Source of the DNA: an uncultured Verrucomicrobiae bacterium
GTDB taxonomy: Bacteria > Verrucomicrobiota > Verrucomicrobiia > Chthoniobacterales > JAFAMB01
Direction of reading: 5' to 3'
Assembly (NCBI GenBank): GCA_963762565.1
Contig: CAVXLD010000014.1
Span: 64,001-128,000, forward strand
Length of the DNA stretch: 64,000 nt
Positions 1 to 10,550 of the stretch are shown here, piece by piece. Under the pieces are notes generated by a model, which searched no databases, was not told the DNA's origin, and saw nothing but the letters and a program-made list of their open reading frames with translations. Both the position numbers and the translations under genes were made by a program. The first letter of the stretch is position 1; the number at the start of each line of letters is the position of its first letter.

Positions 1-62
1 AGCCTTGCCCTACCAACTTCTTACTTGCAAAGGCGTTCGCCCCTAGCCATAGAGCACCCGAA

Positions 63-1823
63 GTGAAATCCACTGCTCCACAACTCGCTGCTCCGCAAGG
101 CCGGCGATCTTTTTCGTTTGTCGACATCTTGATCTTTGTTGGCGTCTTGGGGGTGCTCTGGAGCATTTTGGAGTTTGGAAAAGGCATGGTGGTAACGTTT
201 GATGCGTCGACGCAATCGCTGCCAATTTCGACAGATCCTGTGCTGATTCCTTATTATGCCGGGCGCACTCTGCTCCGGATGTGGATTGCCTTTGGCTTCT
301 CGCTCTTATTTACGTTCGCAGTTGGCTACGCCGCGGCCAAGAACAAGGTCGCTCGAGCATTGATCCTGCCCTTCCTGGACATCATGCAGTCTCTCCCGGT
401 GCTCGGTTTTCTTACCATCACCATCACCTTTTTCATTGCGCTCTTTCCCGGCTCATTGCTGGGCGTCGAATGCGCCAGCATTTTTGCGATCTTTACCGGC
501 CAAGTGTGGAACATGACCTTTGGATTTTATCACTCCATGGTCACGATTCCGCAGGATCTTCAGGAGGCAGCTACAAACTTCCAGCTGCGACCTTTTCAAC
601 GGTTTAGAAAACTGGAAGTCCCGGCGTCGATGCACAGTCTTATCTGGAATGCGATGATGTCATTTGGCGGGGGATGGTTTTTTGTGATCCAGAGCGAATC
701 CGTTAGCGTTTTGGCCAAAAACATCCAGCTGCCGGGGCTCGGCTCTTACATGGCAACAGCGATAGCCAAGGGAGATAGCTCGGGTGCATTTTGGGGAATT
801 CTGACGATGCTGATCGTGATCTTTGCATCGGATCAACTAATTTGGCGACCTCTGCTGGTGTGGGCAGACAAGTTCAAAATGGAGCTGACCGAGTCGGCCT
901 ATTCTCCGAGGTCGTGGTTCTATAATTTATTACGTCGAGCCTATATCTTCGACTGGATCGAGGAGCATGTCTTGATTCCGGTGGCTGGTTTTTATCAAGA
1001 TCTGCGGATGAAGCTCTCGGCGGCCAAGGTTGCTGCCGGGCCAACGAAACCGTCTAAGACCAGCCGCTATATTTGGCGGTCGCTCGGTCTACTCTTGCTG
1101 TTATGGCTCCTGGTTGAGCTTGTCCTTGGGGTGATGGCCGGTTTTGACGCCGTGTATCGCCATGTCTCCCTGAACGATATTGCCAATATCTTCTGGTTAG
1201 GATTTTTGACGCTTTTGCGGGTATTTGCGGTCACTCTTTTGGCCACTTTGATTTGGACGCCGATCGGCGTTTGGATCGGTTCCAAACAACGGGTCGCAAT
1301 GTTCGCTCAACCGTTGGCGCAGATCTTCGCCTCGTTCCCGGCTAATATGGCCTATCCCTTCGTGGTCGGTGTATTCATCCGGTATCACATCGACATGAAT
1401 TGGGGGTGTATTTTGCTGATCGCGATGGGCACCCAATGGTATATCCTGTTCAATGTGATTGCCGGGGCCATGGCTATCCCGAATGATCTTAAGGAAGCCG
1501 CCAAGAACTATGGGCTGGGTGGCTGGCCATTATGGAAGAGATTGATCCTGCCGGCGATATTTCCGTTTTGGATAACCGGCGCGTGTACGGCGGCGGGCGG
1601 TGCCTGGAATGCCACCATAGCAGCCGAAATTGCCAATTGGGGTGACCAACATCTTGAGGCAAGCGGCCTGGGAGCCTTTATTGCGGACGTTAGTCAGAAG
1701 GCGGATGGGACGCCTTTGTTAATTTGCGCGATCGCCGTGATGGCGATCTTCGTCGTAGTAATCAACAAATTATTATGGCGGCGCTTGTACAGTTATGCCG
1801 AACACCGGTTCCATTTAGATTGA
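63..1823 (+). CDS. NitT/TauT-family ABC transporter permease (two fused membrane domains)
   Basis: 586 aa, highly hydrophobic, two EAA-like motifs (DLQEAATNF, DLKEAAKNY); followed by an ABC ATPase. Confidence 0.9.
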   Translation: MKSTAPQLAAPQGRRSFSFVDILIFVGVLGVLWSILEFGKGMVVTFDASTQSLPISTDPVLIPYYAGRTLLRMWIAFGFSLLFTFAVGYAAAKNKVARALILPFLDIMQSLPVLGFLTITITFFIALFPGSLLGVECASIFAIFTGQVWNMTFGFYHSMVTIPQDLQEAATNFQLRPFQRFRKLEVPASMHSLIWNAMMSFGGGWFFVIQSESVSVLAKNIQLPGLGSYMATAIAKGDSSGAFWGILTMLIVIFASDQLIWRPLLVWADKFKMELTESAYSPRSWFYNLLRRAYIFDWIEEHVLIPVAGFYQDLRMKLSAAKVAAGPTKPSKTSRYIWRSLGLLLLLWLLVELVLGVMAGFDAVYRHVSLNDIANIFWLGFLTLLRVFAVTLLATLIWTPIGVWIGSKQRVAMFAQPLAQIFASFPANMAYPFVVGVFIRYHIDMNWGCILLIAMGTQWYILFNVIAGAMAIPNDLKEAAKNYGLGGWPLWKRLILPAIFPFWITGACTAAGGAWNATIAAEIANWGDQHLEASGLGAFIADVSQKADGTPLLICAIAVMAIFVVVINKLLWRRLYSYAEHRFHLD

Positions 1824-1828
1824 TTCTT

Positions 1829-3190
1829 ATGTCCACTGAGCTCACCTCAGCCCCGAGCCCCGTTTCGACCGAAGCTCCAGCGATAGCGGAACTGCGCAGC
1901 GTCTCTAAAAGCTTTACCGTCGGTCACGGCCGCGAAATGAAGGTTCTGGATCAGATCGATTTGTCGATTCGAGAAGGCGAGCTGTTAGCACTTCTGGGAC
2001 AATCCGGGTCGGGCAAGTCGACGCTACTGCGATGTCTCACCGGTCTGACCAAACCCACGAATGGGCGGGTCCTCTGCTACGGAGAACCATTGGAAGGAAT
2101 CAATCCTTATGCTTCCATTGTGTTTCAGACGTTCGCGCTTTTTCCTTGGCTTACGGTTGAACAAAACGTGATGGTGGGTTTGGAAGCGAAAAGGATGTCG
2201 CGATCTGAAAAAGCAGAGGCGGTTGATAAGGCAATCGATCTGATCGGCCTCAACAACTATCACTCTGCCTACCCGCGGGAAATTTCGGGCGGCATGAGGC
2301 AACGAGTCGGGATTGCCCGAGCGCTGGTCTCGCGACCCAAGATCCTTTGTCTCGATGAAGCATTCAGCGCCCTCGATGTGTTGACTGCTGAAGGTCTGCG
2401 AGAGGAAGTGGTCAGTTTATGGCGAGGATCCGGCAACACGTTATCGAGCATCTTCATGGTTACGCATAACATCGAAGAAGCAGTGCAGATGGCGACGCGC
2501 ATTTGTATTCTATTCCCGCACCCTGGCCGCCTCGGACTAATATTAGAGAATAATTTGCCGTATCCGCGGGCCACGAATCACCCGGAATTTCAGCGACTCA
2601 TGAATTTGATTCATGACACAATCACCCAACAGGCGCTGCCCGATCTTCCACCGGAACCGCCGCCTGGTCCAGGCAGGCCGATCTCTCGGGCCCGCGCTCG
2701 TATGGAGTCAATCCCGACAGTTGGGGTTAACCAGATCCTCGGCTTGATCAGCATCCTTCATGATTCTCCTGATCTCGACAATATCTACGATGTCTCCGAC
2801 GAGATCGGTAAAGATTTTGGTGAGACCATTGCTATTGTGAAGGCGGCCGAGATTCTCGAGTTCGTTAATACGCCAAAAGACGACGTGCAGTTGACGGACT
2901 TAGGTAAACGTTTCTTTGAATCGGATCGGCAAACCCGGAAGACCATCTTTGCCGAGCAGGTGCAAAAGCTTCGCCTATTCCACATTATCCTCGCTTACTT
3001 GGAGGTTCAGAAAGAGGTGTCGGGCGAAACGGTCACGCACGATATTGCAGCCGCGTTGCCCTATGAGAATCCGGAGAAAATCCTGAAGACCATGATCGCG
3101 TGGGGCCGTTATGCCGGTTTAATGGATTTCAATACTAACACCGGCATGGTGGTAATCCCCGAAGAGGAAGACGAAGAAGAAGAAGCCTAA
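1829..3190 (+). CDS. NitT/TauT ABC ATP-binding protein with C-terminal AAA-associated domain
   Basis: Walker A GQSGSGKS, signature ISGGMRQ, Walker B LCLDEAF; start trimmed to ATG 1829 just after the permease stop. Confidence 0.9.
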   Translation: MSTELTSAPSPVSTEAPAIAELRSVSKSFTVGHGREMKVLDQIDLSIREGELLALLGQSGSGKSTLLRCLTGLTKPTNGRVLCYGEPLEGINPYASIVFQTFALFPWLTVEQNVMVGLEAKRMSRSEKAEAVDKAIDLIGLNNYHSAYPREISGGMRQRVGIARALVSRPKILCLDEAFSALDVLTAEGLREEVVSLWRGSGNTLSSIFMVTHNIEEAVQMATRICILFPHPGRLGLILENNLPYPRATNHPEFQRLMNLIHDTITQQALPDLPPEPPPGPGRPISRARARMESIPTVGVNQILGLISILHDSPDLDNIYDVSDEIGKDFGETIAIVKAAEILEFVNTPKDDVQLTDLGKRFFESDRQTRKTIFAEQVQKLRLFHIILAYLEVQKEVSGETVTHDIAAALPYENPEKILKTMIAWGRYAGLMDFNTNTGMVVIPEEEDEEEEA

Positions 3191-3235
3191 GGAGTGAGTT
3201 TGCCCAAACTGTACGCTTCCACCAGAGCCATCGCT

Positions 3236-3409
3236 GGGAGGGATCGCGTCCTCGCGATCCGTCGTTTCCAGGGTGTAGCTTCTGATAGACCATGGCCCAA
3301 TCCGTCAGCTGGTATCGCGTCCACAGCGCGCGAGGATCCGACGTCGCCCCGGTGGGAGAAAGATCGACTGGATCCATCAGGCTATGTCGGACAGGCAGCG
3401 CGCCCTCCC
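3236..3409 (+). repeat. REPIN-like element, family A/B, with 59-bp hairpin inserted in the right REP
   Basis: GGGAGGGATCGCGTCCTCGCGATCCG ... GCGCGCGAGGA[TCCGACGTCGCC..GGCTATGTCGGACAGG]CAGCGCGCCCTCCC; homologous to 4594, 20517, 20667, 36026, 46640. Confidence 0.85.
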
Positions 3410-3417
3410 GGAGCGTC

Positions 3418-4572
3418 ATGAGATCTGTTGTTGAATCTGATAGACCTGCGGCGTTTGCTAACGTTAGCCACGAGGGTGGGGACGCGACCATCGCAATAGG
3501 TGGCGCCTGGCATCTAAAAGCTTCCACGCGTCCTAAATCAGCGACCACTCTCCATGAAGTCGAGTCGGCAAACGGGGTCACCCGCGTTCGTTGTGTTAGT
3601 CAAGACTTAGGATCCTGGGATAGCAGCTTGCTTCTGTTTCTATCCGAGATCGACGCGTGGTGCCAGGAACACCGGGTAACGCTTGATCTGCAAAGTCTGC
3701 CGGAGGGAGTTGATAGCCTGATTGCGTTGGCCAAAGCGGTGCCGGAGGCTGAAACCAAGAGCCTTGGGCCGCGCCACGTCTCATTCCTCTACCGGCTTGG
3801 GACTTGGGCAATCGGGCAATCGGACGCGCTTACCGCTGCGGCGACTTTCATCGGCGAGTGTGTTCTGAGCCTTAGACGGATTGCCATCGGCAAAGGGAAA
3901 GTCGATTGGCGGCTCTTTTGGTTAACCCTGGAGGAATCTGGCGCCCAAGCGTTGCCCATCGTGGGTCTCATTAGTTTTTTGACCGGACTGATTCTTGCGT
4001 TTGTGGCATCGATTCAATTGCGCCAATTCGGAGCCGGCATCTACGTGGCGAATTTGGTGGCAGTCGCCATGGCCCGAGAAATGGGCGCGATTATGACGGG
4101 AGTGATTATGGCCGGCCGAACGGGTGCAGCCTTTGCCGCCCAAATAGGCAGCATGAAGGTCTCCGAGGAGCTCGATGCTCTCGAAACGCTGGCCATATCG
4201 CCGATGGACTTCTTAGTTTCGCCCCGAGTGGTGGCGCTTTTTCTTATGATGCCGCTGCTCGGGTTTTATGCCGATCTGCTGGGAGTTGCCGGTGGTGCGG
4301 TGGTCGGGCTGGGTGTCCTCCACATCAGTCTGATTCAATATTGGAATCAGACGGTTGGCTCGATGGGATTGGAAGACATCCTCACGGGAGTAGGCAAATC
4401 GGCGGTTTTCGGAGTGATCGTGGCCTTAACCGGATGCCAACGCGGTATGAACTGCCAGAACAACGCCGCCGCGGTGGGGAATGCTGCTACCTCGGCTGTA
4501 GTGCTTGCCATCACTTGGATCGTCGCTTGTGATGCCATCATTGATGTGGTGTTGGAGGTGTTGAAGCTGTAG
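3418..4572 (+). CDS. mlaE: MlaE-family ABC permease with N-terminal STAS-like region
   Basis: REMGAIMTGVIMAGRTGAAFAAQIGSMKVSEELDAL motif; start trimmed to ATG 3418 because the upstream extension is repeat DNA. Confidence 0.9.
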   Translation: MRSVVESDRPAAFANVSHEGGDATIAIGGAWHLKASTRPKSATTLHEVESANGVTRVRCVSQDLGSWDSSLLLFLSEIDAWCQEHRVTLDLQSLPEGVDSLIALAKAVPEAETKSLGPRHVSFLYRLGTWAIGQSDALTAAATFIGECVLSLRRIAIGKGKVDWRLFWLTLEESGAQALPIVGLISFLTGLILAFVASIQLRQFGAGIYVANLVAVAMAREMGAIMTGVIMAGRTGAAFAAQIGSMKVSEELDALETLAISPMDFLVSPRVVALFLMMPLLGFYADLLGVAGGAVVGLGVLHISLIQYWNQTVGSMGLEDILTGVGKSAVFGVIVALTGCQRGMNCQNNAAAVGNAATSAVVLAITWIVACDAIIDVVLEVLKL

Positions 4573-4593
4573 GGGAGGCCGCGGCACGATTGC

Positions 4594-4717
4594 GGGGAGG
4601 GCGCGCAGCCTCGCGCGCCGCGAGGACATGGCACAACACAAAGGTCTATTTTTGTCCGCGATCAGAATACGTCCTCGGCTTCTGTAACAAACGGATCGCG
4701 AGGACGCGATCCCTCCC
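4594..4717 (-). repeat. REPIN-like element, family A/B
   Basis: Reverse complement aligns end to end with 20517-20640, including the spacer. Confidence 0.85.
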
Positions 4718-4796
4718 ATACGAGAACGAAAGCGCGTGGTGAGTGGCCGAGTTTGACGCGCATTCTTAACTCAGGCACCCTAGACACTCAATTTAA

Positions 4797-5633
4797 GTGG
4801 ACACAAAAGGAAGCTTGGCTACCTCCGATCATAGCAACGACGCAAAAGAAAGCGGTCCAACGGCTGCACGGCCTCCCGCTATCGAAGTGCGTGATCTAAT
4901 GATGAACTACGGATCGTACGTAGTAATGCAGGACATTAATTTTACCGTGGAGGCTGGCCAGGTCTTTGTGATCATGGGCGGAAGCGGTTGCGGCAAAAGC
5001 ACTCTGTTAAAATATATGATCGGTTTGAAACCGGTCGAGAAAGGAGACATTTACTACCACGGACGAAGCTTTTCCAAAGCGAGCGAAGACGAAAAGGAAG
5101 AGGTCCAAAGGTCATTCGGTGTTTTGTATCAAGGCGGGGCTTTGTGGAGTTCTCGCACCCTGGGAGAAAATGTGGCTCTACCTTTGGAGGAGTACACCAA
5201 GCTGTCCAGCCACGAGATTAGAGAACTTAGTTCCCTCAAACTTTCACTGGTCGGCCTCAAAGGTTTCGAGGATTTTTACCCGTCAGAGATTAGCGGTGGC
5301 ATGCGCAAACGTGCGGGTTTGGCGCGAGCGATGTCGCTTGATCCAGAGATCCTCTTTTTCGACGAACCTTCGGCCGGTCTGGATCCGATCAGCTCCCGCC
5401 GACTTGATGACCTGATTCTCCGGCTGCGTGACAGCTTGGGGACGACCGTGGTAGTAGTGACGCATGAATTAGCTTCCATCTTCGCGATCGCAGATACAGC
5501 TATCTTTCTCGACGCCGAAACCAAGAGGATGCTCGTCCAAGGCGATCCGAAAGAGTTAGTGAAAGAAGGCAATAGCGATCCTAAGGTCCGGACGTTCCTA
5601 CTCCGCGGCCAGCCGGTGGAAGAATCAAAATGA
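4797..5633 (+). CDS. mlaF: MlaF-family ABC ATP-binding protein
   Basis: GGSGCGKS, ISGGMRKRAGLARA, FFDEPSAGLDP; start codon uncertain. Confidence 0.9.
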   Translation: MDTKGSLATSDHSNDAKESGPTAARPPAIEVRDLMMNYGSYVVMQDINFTVEAGQVFVIMGGSGCGKSTLLKYMIGLKPVEKGDIYYHGRSFSKASEDEKEEVQRSFGVLYQGGALWSSRTLGENVALPLEEYTKLSSHEIRELSSLKLSLVGLKGFEDFYPSEISGGMRKRAGLARAMSLDPEILFFDEPSAGLDPISSRRLDDLILRLRDSLGTTVVVVTHELASIFAIADTAIFLDAETKRMLVQGDPKELVKEGNSDPKVRTFLLRGQPVEESK

Positions 5634-5657
5634 GTACGATCAAGATGGGTACGAACA

Positions 5658-6656
5658 ATGAGTACTAAAGCCAACCCTACCCTGATAGGAGTTTTTGTTC
5701 TTGGGGCAATCCTTATCGCGATCGGCGCCGTCTTCTTTTTCGGCTCTGCCGATCTATTCGCGAAGAAGCAGACCTACGTTTCCTATTTTACTCAATCAAT
5801 CAGCGGTCTGTCGGTGGGCTCTAACGTGAAGTTCAAGGGAGTCAATATCGGCAAAGTCACGCAGATTTTGCTTGGGATCGGCGAAAAGGATCAGCCGGCC
5901 TACGCGAAGGTCTTCTATCAAGTTGACCAAAATGTTATCGTCAGAGATTTCGGGCGCGGTAATCCGCACTTCAATCTTTTCGACATCGAACTGACGAAGC
6001 AACGGGTGGACCAGGGGTTACGCGCTCGCTTGGATTTCGAGAGCTTGATCAGCGGTCAATTGTTTGTATCCATCGATTTCATCAAGGAGCCAGCGCCGTT
6101 CACCTATCATGACAATCCAAATGATCATGCCATCGAGATTCCGGTACAGCCGTCCGATATCGAAGCGATCCTGACAAATCTAACCAAGGCAATCAGCAAC
6201 ATCGGTAACGTGGATTTCTTGGCGATCTCAAAGGATCTGGAGGCTTTGCTGACTAGCGCCAAAACTGCGATTGATGAATTGGATTTGGCAGGAATTGGGA
6301 AGTCCGTTAACAACTTGCTAAATGGTCCGGAATTGAACGGCGCTCTGACCAGCGTGAAAACCGCTTTTGACCAGATGGATGTTACTCTCAAGAAACTTCA
6401 GAACGAACTCGACCCGATCACGGCGAACCTGAATCCGACTCTGGAAGAGGCGAAGAAAACAATGGCACAACTCGAGGATGCAACGCGTAACCTCGATAAA
6501 ATGCTGAGCTCAAATTCAAGTTTTCGGTATCAATTGGACAGCACTTTATCGCAGATCGGCTCTGCGGCTGACGCTCTACAGCGTCTATCGGAGTTTCTGG
6601 AACGGAATCCTAATTCGATCATTTTCGGTCGCAAACCAGCGAAATCACCACAATAA
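5658..6656 (+). CDS. MlaD/MCE-domain protein (PqiB-like)
   Basis: N-terminal TM anchor, SISGLSVGSNVKFKGVNIGKV MCE motif, helical tail ending LERNPNSIIFG. Confidence 0.9.
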   Translation: MSTKANPTLIGVFVLGAILIAIGAVFFFGSADLFAKKQTYVSYFTQSISGLSVGSNVKFKGVNIGKVTQILLGIGEKDQPAYAKVFYQVDQNVIVRDFGRGNPHFNLFDIELTKQRVDQGLRARLDFESLISGQLFVSIDFIKEPAPFTYHDNPNDHAIEIPVQPSDIEAILTNLTKAISNIGNVDFLAISKDLEALLTSAKTAIDELDLAGIGKSVNNLLNGPELNGALTSVKTAFDQMDVTLKKLQNELDPITANLNPTLEEAKKTMAQLEDATRNLDKMLSSNSSFRYQLDSTLSQIGSAADALQRLSEFLERNPNSIIFGRKPAKSPQ

Positions 6657-6661
6657 ATGCG

Positions 6662-7231
6662 ATGCGGCTGATCATTCTGCTACCTGTGGCCGTAAGTTTG
6701 TTTCTTGGATGTGCGACGACGGAACCGTTGGCCACCTATTTTGTGTTAACGCCGGCTGGGGCGAGTAGCAAACCGTCTCGGCCGGCGTCTGCAGTGCGAG
6801 TTTATGTTCGCCGAGTGGAAGTGCCGGCCTTTTTGAGTAGAACTAACCTCGCCAGCATGAACGGAGATCAAATCCGGTATTCACCAACCGGGCTTTGGGC
6901 GCTCTCGCTGGATCAAACCATTTCTCTTGGTATTGCTTCTAACCTGAATCGCCTAGGAATCTCGGCCGCCGGATTTCAGCCGGCCTTTAGCGTACCGGCT
7001 CACACCTACGACGTAGCCCTGCATATCACCCATTTTGACGGGCACGAAAATGGGGACGTGATTTTGTCCGGTGGTTGGCAGGTTCTAACTGCAGGCGGCG
7101 GGGTGGTTGCCAGTAAGTCAGTGACGATTCGGCGAGCGGGTTGGAGTTTTGGAAACGACGCCCAATTGGTTGCCTTACTCTCGTCGGAGCTCACTGAGCT
7201 GAGCGATCAGATCGCCAGGGTCTTACGGTGA
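6662..7231 (+). CDS. PqiC-family (ABC transport auxiliary) lipoprotein
   Basis: Lipobox FLGC, VEVPAFL motif, position after the MCE gene. Confidence 0.8.
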   Translation: MRLIILLPVAVSLFLGCATTEPLATYFVLTPAGASSKPSRPASAVRVYVRRVEVPAFLSRTNLASMNGDQIRYSPTGLWALSLDQTISLGIASNLNRLGISAAGFQPAFSVPAHTYDVALHITHFDGHENGDVILSGGWQVLTAGGGVVASKSVTIRRAGWSFGNDAQLVALLSSELTELSDQIARVLR

Positions 7232-7240
7232 GGAAAGCAT

Positions 7241-7384
7241 TGGTGGGGCGAGGCTCCGGAATTACCGAAAGCATACCCAAGGCGATGGATTGTATGCAAA
7301 TCTGTCGCGGACGTGTCCTAACTGTTGCCGAGCCGCTCCCAGGGTGCGCCACCGATCCGGCCGTTCGGGAGCCTCGCCCCACCA
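7241..7384. repeat. Inverted GTGG/GTAG-type REP pair (TGGTGGGGCGAGGCTCC family)
   Basis: TGGTGGGGCGAGGCTCC at 7241 and GGAGCCTCGCCCCACCA ending 7384; relatives at 30650, 42028, 63163. Confidence 0.85.
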
Positions 7385-7555
7385 TTCGACGAGAACGAAG
7401 CCCCTTCGGGGCAAACACCCGCCCATAATTTGTCTAACAACTTGATAATGTAGAGTTGTTAGTTTTCCCATATTTGATACCATGGGCCCCAGCGCGAGCC
7501 GAAACCTGTCACGCCGTAGCGTGCGAAGGCGGAAGCCGCGACCTTACGTCAAAAA

Positions 7556-8713
7556 ATGAATCCGACGAGAAACATTGTGCAGTCAACGCTGGGCTTTGAA
7601 ACCTGGCTGCGCGGGCACATCAGTGTGCGGGAACCCGATCTGGAGATAAAACATCAGTTCATGGCGGACGACATCTTTATGTTCTTCCGCGCGACCTTTT
7701 ACCGGTGGTGCGAACGCTGGTATGCAGCCTGCCCTTCCTTGGCTAATGCCGAGCAAGTGTACGCGGTCGGTGATCTGCACATTCAGAATTTTGGGAGCTG
7801 GCGTGACGGCCATGCCCGTCTGATTTGGGGTGTGAATGATTATGACGAAGTGGCCATGATGTCATTTGCCGCGGATTTAGTGCGGTTGATTATGAGCGCA
7901 GAGCTAGCCTCGGAAGAAACGCCTGCCTGCGACCTTAATCTGTCCGAGATCTGCGAATGCGTCCGCGAGGGGTATAGCGCTGGTCTGAAAAATGCCCCGC
8001 AGCCTTTTGTACTCGAGCGCCGGCATGCCTGGCTTTTGCGGTTGGTACGGGCGGCTTTGAAAGAGCCCAAGTTTTTTTGGCGGCGGTGGCTCCAGGAGAA
8101 GACCCAATCCGTGGCCGAAGATCAGATTCCGCCTGCACTGGCCGAAAAGCTGCGACAGGTCATGCCGAAAGATGTCCCGATCGAGTTTCGGGAAATGCAA
8201 AAGAATGTGACTAAGGGACTTGGTAGTCTCGGGCATCAAAGATTTTTTGCTTACTCCGAACACCATGGCGGCCCGGTGGCTATGGAAGGTAAAAGCATGG
8301 CTCCATCGGCGGTTCTTTGGGCGACAGGTAAATCGGGAAAGGAAATTCACACGGATCGTTTGCTGAAAGGTCCAGGGCGTCCGAGCACCCCCCATACTAG
8401 TACTCAAGAAGGATGGTTAGTTCGCCCGATCATGTCGGATTGCGGCCGGATCCCCCTAACTGAGCTTGAATTCGAAGGGACAGCCCAAGAGATCAATTTT
8501 GATCAGGAGCGATTGCTTTTCTCTATGGGCTACGAAACGGCCAACTTACATCAGTTGAGTAAGAGCCGGGAGGAGCTAAGCGAGCGGCTCAAAGGCGTCA
8601 AGGTAGGAGCTTTGAAACAGGCCGCGCTCACCATGCTGGAGCTGTTGCAGGAGGATTTCAAAATGTGGCGCAAATATTGGCGAGAAAGGCAAAAAGCCGC
8701 CGGAGCGCCGTGA
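7556..8713 (+). CDS. DUF2252-family kinase-fold protein
   Basis: FFRATFYRW, GDLHIQNFG, WGVNDYDE and GLGSLG motifs. Confidence 0.8.
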   Translation: MNPTRNIVQSTLGFETWLRGHISVREPDLEIKHQFMADDIFMFFRATFYRWCERWYAACPSLANAEQVYAVGDLHIQNFGSWRDGHARLIWGVNDYDEVAMMSFAADLVRLIMSAELASEETPACDLNLSEICECVREGYSAGLKNAPQPFVLERRHAWLLRLVRAALKEPKFFWRRWLQEKTQSVAEDQIPPALAEKLRQVMPKDVPIEFREMQKNVTKGLGSLGHQRFFAYSEHHGGPVAMEGKSMAPSAVLWATGKSGKEIHTDRLLKGPGRPSTPHTSTQEGWLVRPIMSDCGRIPLTELEFEGTAQEINFDQERLLFSMGYETANLHQLSKSREELSERLKGVKVGALKQAALTMLELLQEDFKMWRKYWRERQKAAGAP

Positions 8714-8727
8714 CGGCAGCCGACCCA

Positions 8728-8857
8728 GAGGCGTGGCAAAAAAGTAATCGTAATAAGTACGTCAGTAATCAGTCCTGATACCCCGGGCTGGTTCAACCGG
8801 CTTCCGAAACTGATTACTGTTACACTGATTACTGATTACTTTTTGTGCCACGCCCTC
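8728..8857. repeat. Fold-back element with AGTAATC/GATTACT heptamer arms
   Basis: GAGGCGTGGCAAAAAAGTAATC... versus ...GATTACTGATTACTTTTTGTGCCACGCCCTC. Confidence 0.85.
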
Positions 8858-8924
8858 AGCCTCGGCCAAGCATGACGCTAGCCAGAATTCACGAGGAGTG
8901 GTAATATCACCATCGTTCGCTGCT

Positions 8925-9545
8925 ATGGAGTTCAAGGTCTGGGTATTGGCCAGCTTTCTGCTGGTAGGTTTCGGGTTGGCCGACGAGCCGAAGTCGGCAG
9001 CCTCTCCCTCCCTTTCATCCTCGCCGTCTCCGTTACCTTCGGCGACTCCAGCCATCACGGCTGCGGAACTCGAAACCCCTTTGCCGGAGGGGACTCCTCA
9101 GGAACAGCCTGCGACTGTACTTTTGCCGGAGCCTAACTTCTTGCCACCACCACCGCCTCAGACCGCTGGAAATGAGACGCCTTTTACCATGGCGTCGGCG
9201 GAGCCCAGACGCACGCCACAGGATGAGTCACATTTTAGAGAGATTAAGGACACTGCCATGGGTAGCGCCCGCGCCGGCTATCTACTGAAAGAAGCCAAGG
9301 GAGCGCTCAGCACCGAAGCTCGGAAGAATTTCATGCGAGCCTACTATTATACGGTTTGTGCCCAGATGCGGCGTCTCGATCCAAACCTGAGATCGCTGAT
9401 ACAAGCATACGAGGCGGAAGAGATTCAAAAAATTGCCGCGGAAGGCGGAAGGGAGCATGGGAAGACAAAAGCGCGTACGCATGCAGGTTTGGTTTCTCGA
9501 AGCTCGACCGCTAAGAAAAGGCGGCACCCGTATCGCGAATATTGA
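8925..9545 (+). CDS. Hypothetical secreted protein, Pro/Ser-rich linker
   Basis: Signal-like N-terminus from ATG 8925, low-complexity linker, helical C-terminal domain. Confidence 0.7.
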   Translation: MEFKVWVLASFLLVGFGLADEPKSAASPSLSSSPSPLPSATPAITAAELETPLPEGTPQEQPATVLLPEPNFLPPPPPQTAGNETPFTMASAEPRRTPQDESHFREIKDTAMGSARAGYLLKEAKGALSTEARKNFMRAYYYTVCAQMRRLDPNLRSLIQAYEAEEIQKIAAEGGREHGKTKARTHAGLVSRSSTAKKRRHPYREY

Positions 9546-9562
9546 GCGAGGGGTGGGCGCGA

Positions 9563-9800
9563 AATGGCGAGTGGGCGTGGTGGAGTGCGCTGGGCGCCGC
9601 GAACGGATAGGACCTATAGGACCAATAGGACTTATGGGACCAATGGGACGTGACGCATAGGTCTCATAAGTCGCACAAAGCCTGTCGCGCCGTAGGCTTG
9701 GCGAAGGCGGATCCATTCGTTCGCAGCGCCGAGCGCTTACACACACAGCCCATAGGCCCATAGGCCCATACGCCCATACGCCGACGCGCCCACACGCCAT
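9563..9800. repeat. Nested fold-back element: octamer (GCCCATAC/G) arms, nonamer (ATAGGACCA) tract, inner hairpin
   Basis: About five ATRGGACYW units from 9606, CCTGTCGCGCCGTAGGCTTGGCGAAGGCGGA at 9680, GCCCATAS octamers near 9747-9800. Confidence 0.8.
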
Positions 9801-10343
9801 TCACTCTCCCAGGTGTTTTACCAGTGCCACCCGGGCTACAGGAGCTCGATTCAGGGACTCAATTAAGTGGCGAGAACTTTCGCCTTGTTTCGTCATTTGC
9901 ATTCCCAGCAATCGGGCGAGTTCGGCCTCAAAAAAAACAATCACTCGCAACGTTGGACGTTTACCTTCCAGATAGGTCAAGCCGCGGCGCAGCAGATCGT
10001 AAATCTCCGGTTCAGCGTGCTCGAGCTCTGTCGTTTCTTCAACCAGCTCGGTAAAATAAGCTGCAGTCAGCGTACTGAGATAGTTCGTCCGAATGTTTAA
10101 GAACGGCTCAACTACCACTAGTTCGCGGAGCGTGTGGATTTCGCTCTTTCGAGATCGAGAGATAGTTAGGTTACAGTGGAAGAACAAATCGATTTTACCG
10201 GCGAATGCGCTCCCGGAGCGGAGAGCGCCTTTTGCGATTGCCTTTATCTTGCCGGTTTCTTGACCGAACCAAGTCAAAATAAGGCTGGTCTCTGAGAAAC
10301 GGATCCGCCGGAGGAGAATGGCGTTTACCGTTTCTGTGGACAT
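9801..10343 (-). CDS. recO: DNA repair protein RecO
   Basis: AILLRRIRFSETSLILTWF..GKIKAIAKGALR N-terminal OB-fold motif. Confidence 0.92.
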   Translation of the reverse strand: MSTETVNAILLRRIRFSETSLILTWFGQETGKIKAIAKGALRSGSAFAGKIDLFFHCNLTISRSRKSEIHTLRELVVVEPFLNIRTNYLSTLTAAYFTELVEETTELEHAEPEIYDLLRRGLTYLEGKRPTLRVIVFFEAELARLLGMQMTKQGESSRHLIESLNRAPVARVALVKHLGE

Positions 10344-10359
10344 GGCTGACGGGGGAGGG

Positions 10360-10550
10360 AAGGTGAAAGGTGAAAGGTGATTGGTGATTGGTGATTGGTG
10401 ATTGGTGATTGGTGATTGGTGATTGGTGATTGACGGACAGTCGAAGGCCCCCAGGTAAGCAAGTCAAAATCGAAGCGCGTTTTTGCCACGCCCGTCGCGA
10501 CCAATCACCAATCACCAATCACTTCTCACTTCTCACTTCTCACTTCTCAC
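10360..10550. repeat. Fold-back element with GGTGATT/AATCACC heptamer arms
   Basis: (GGTGATT)8 at 10376-10431, ~69-bp core, (CCAATCA)3(CTTCTCA)4 at 10501-10549 overlapping the lpdA stop. Confidence 0.95.

Noticed and set aside
3292..3417. Long N-terminal extensions in the ORF track (also 43539, 46788, 63182, 41187)
   Set aside because: They run through repeat DNA; family-like sequence begins at the downstream starts used.
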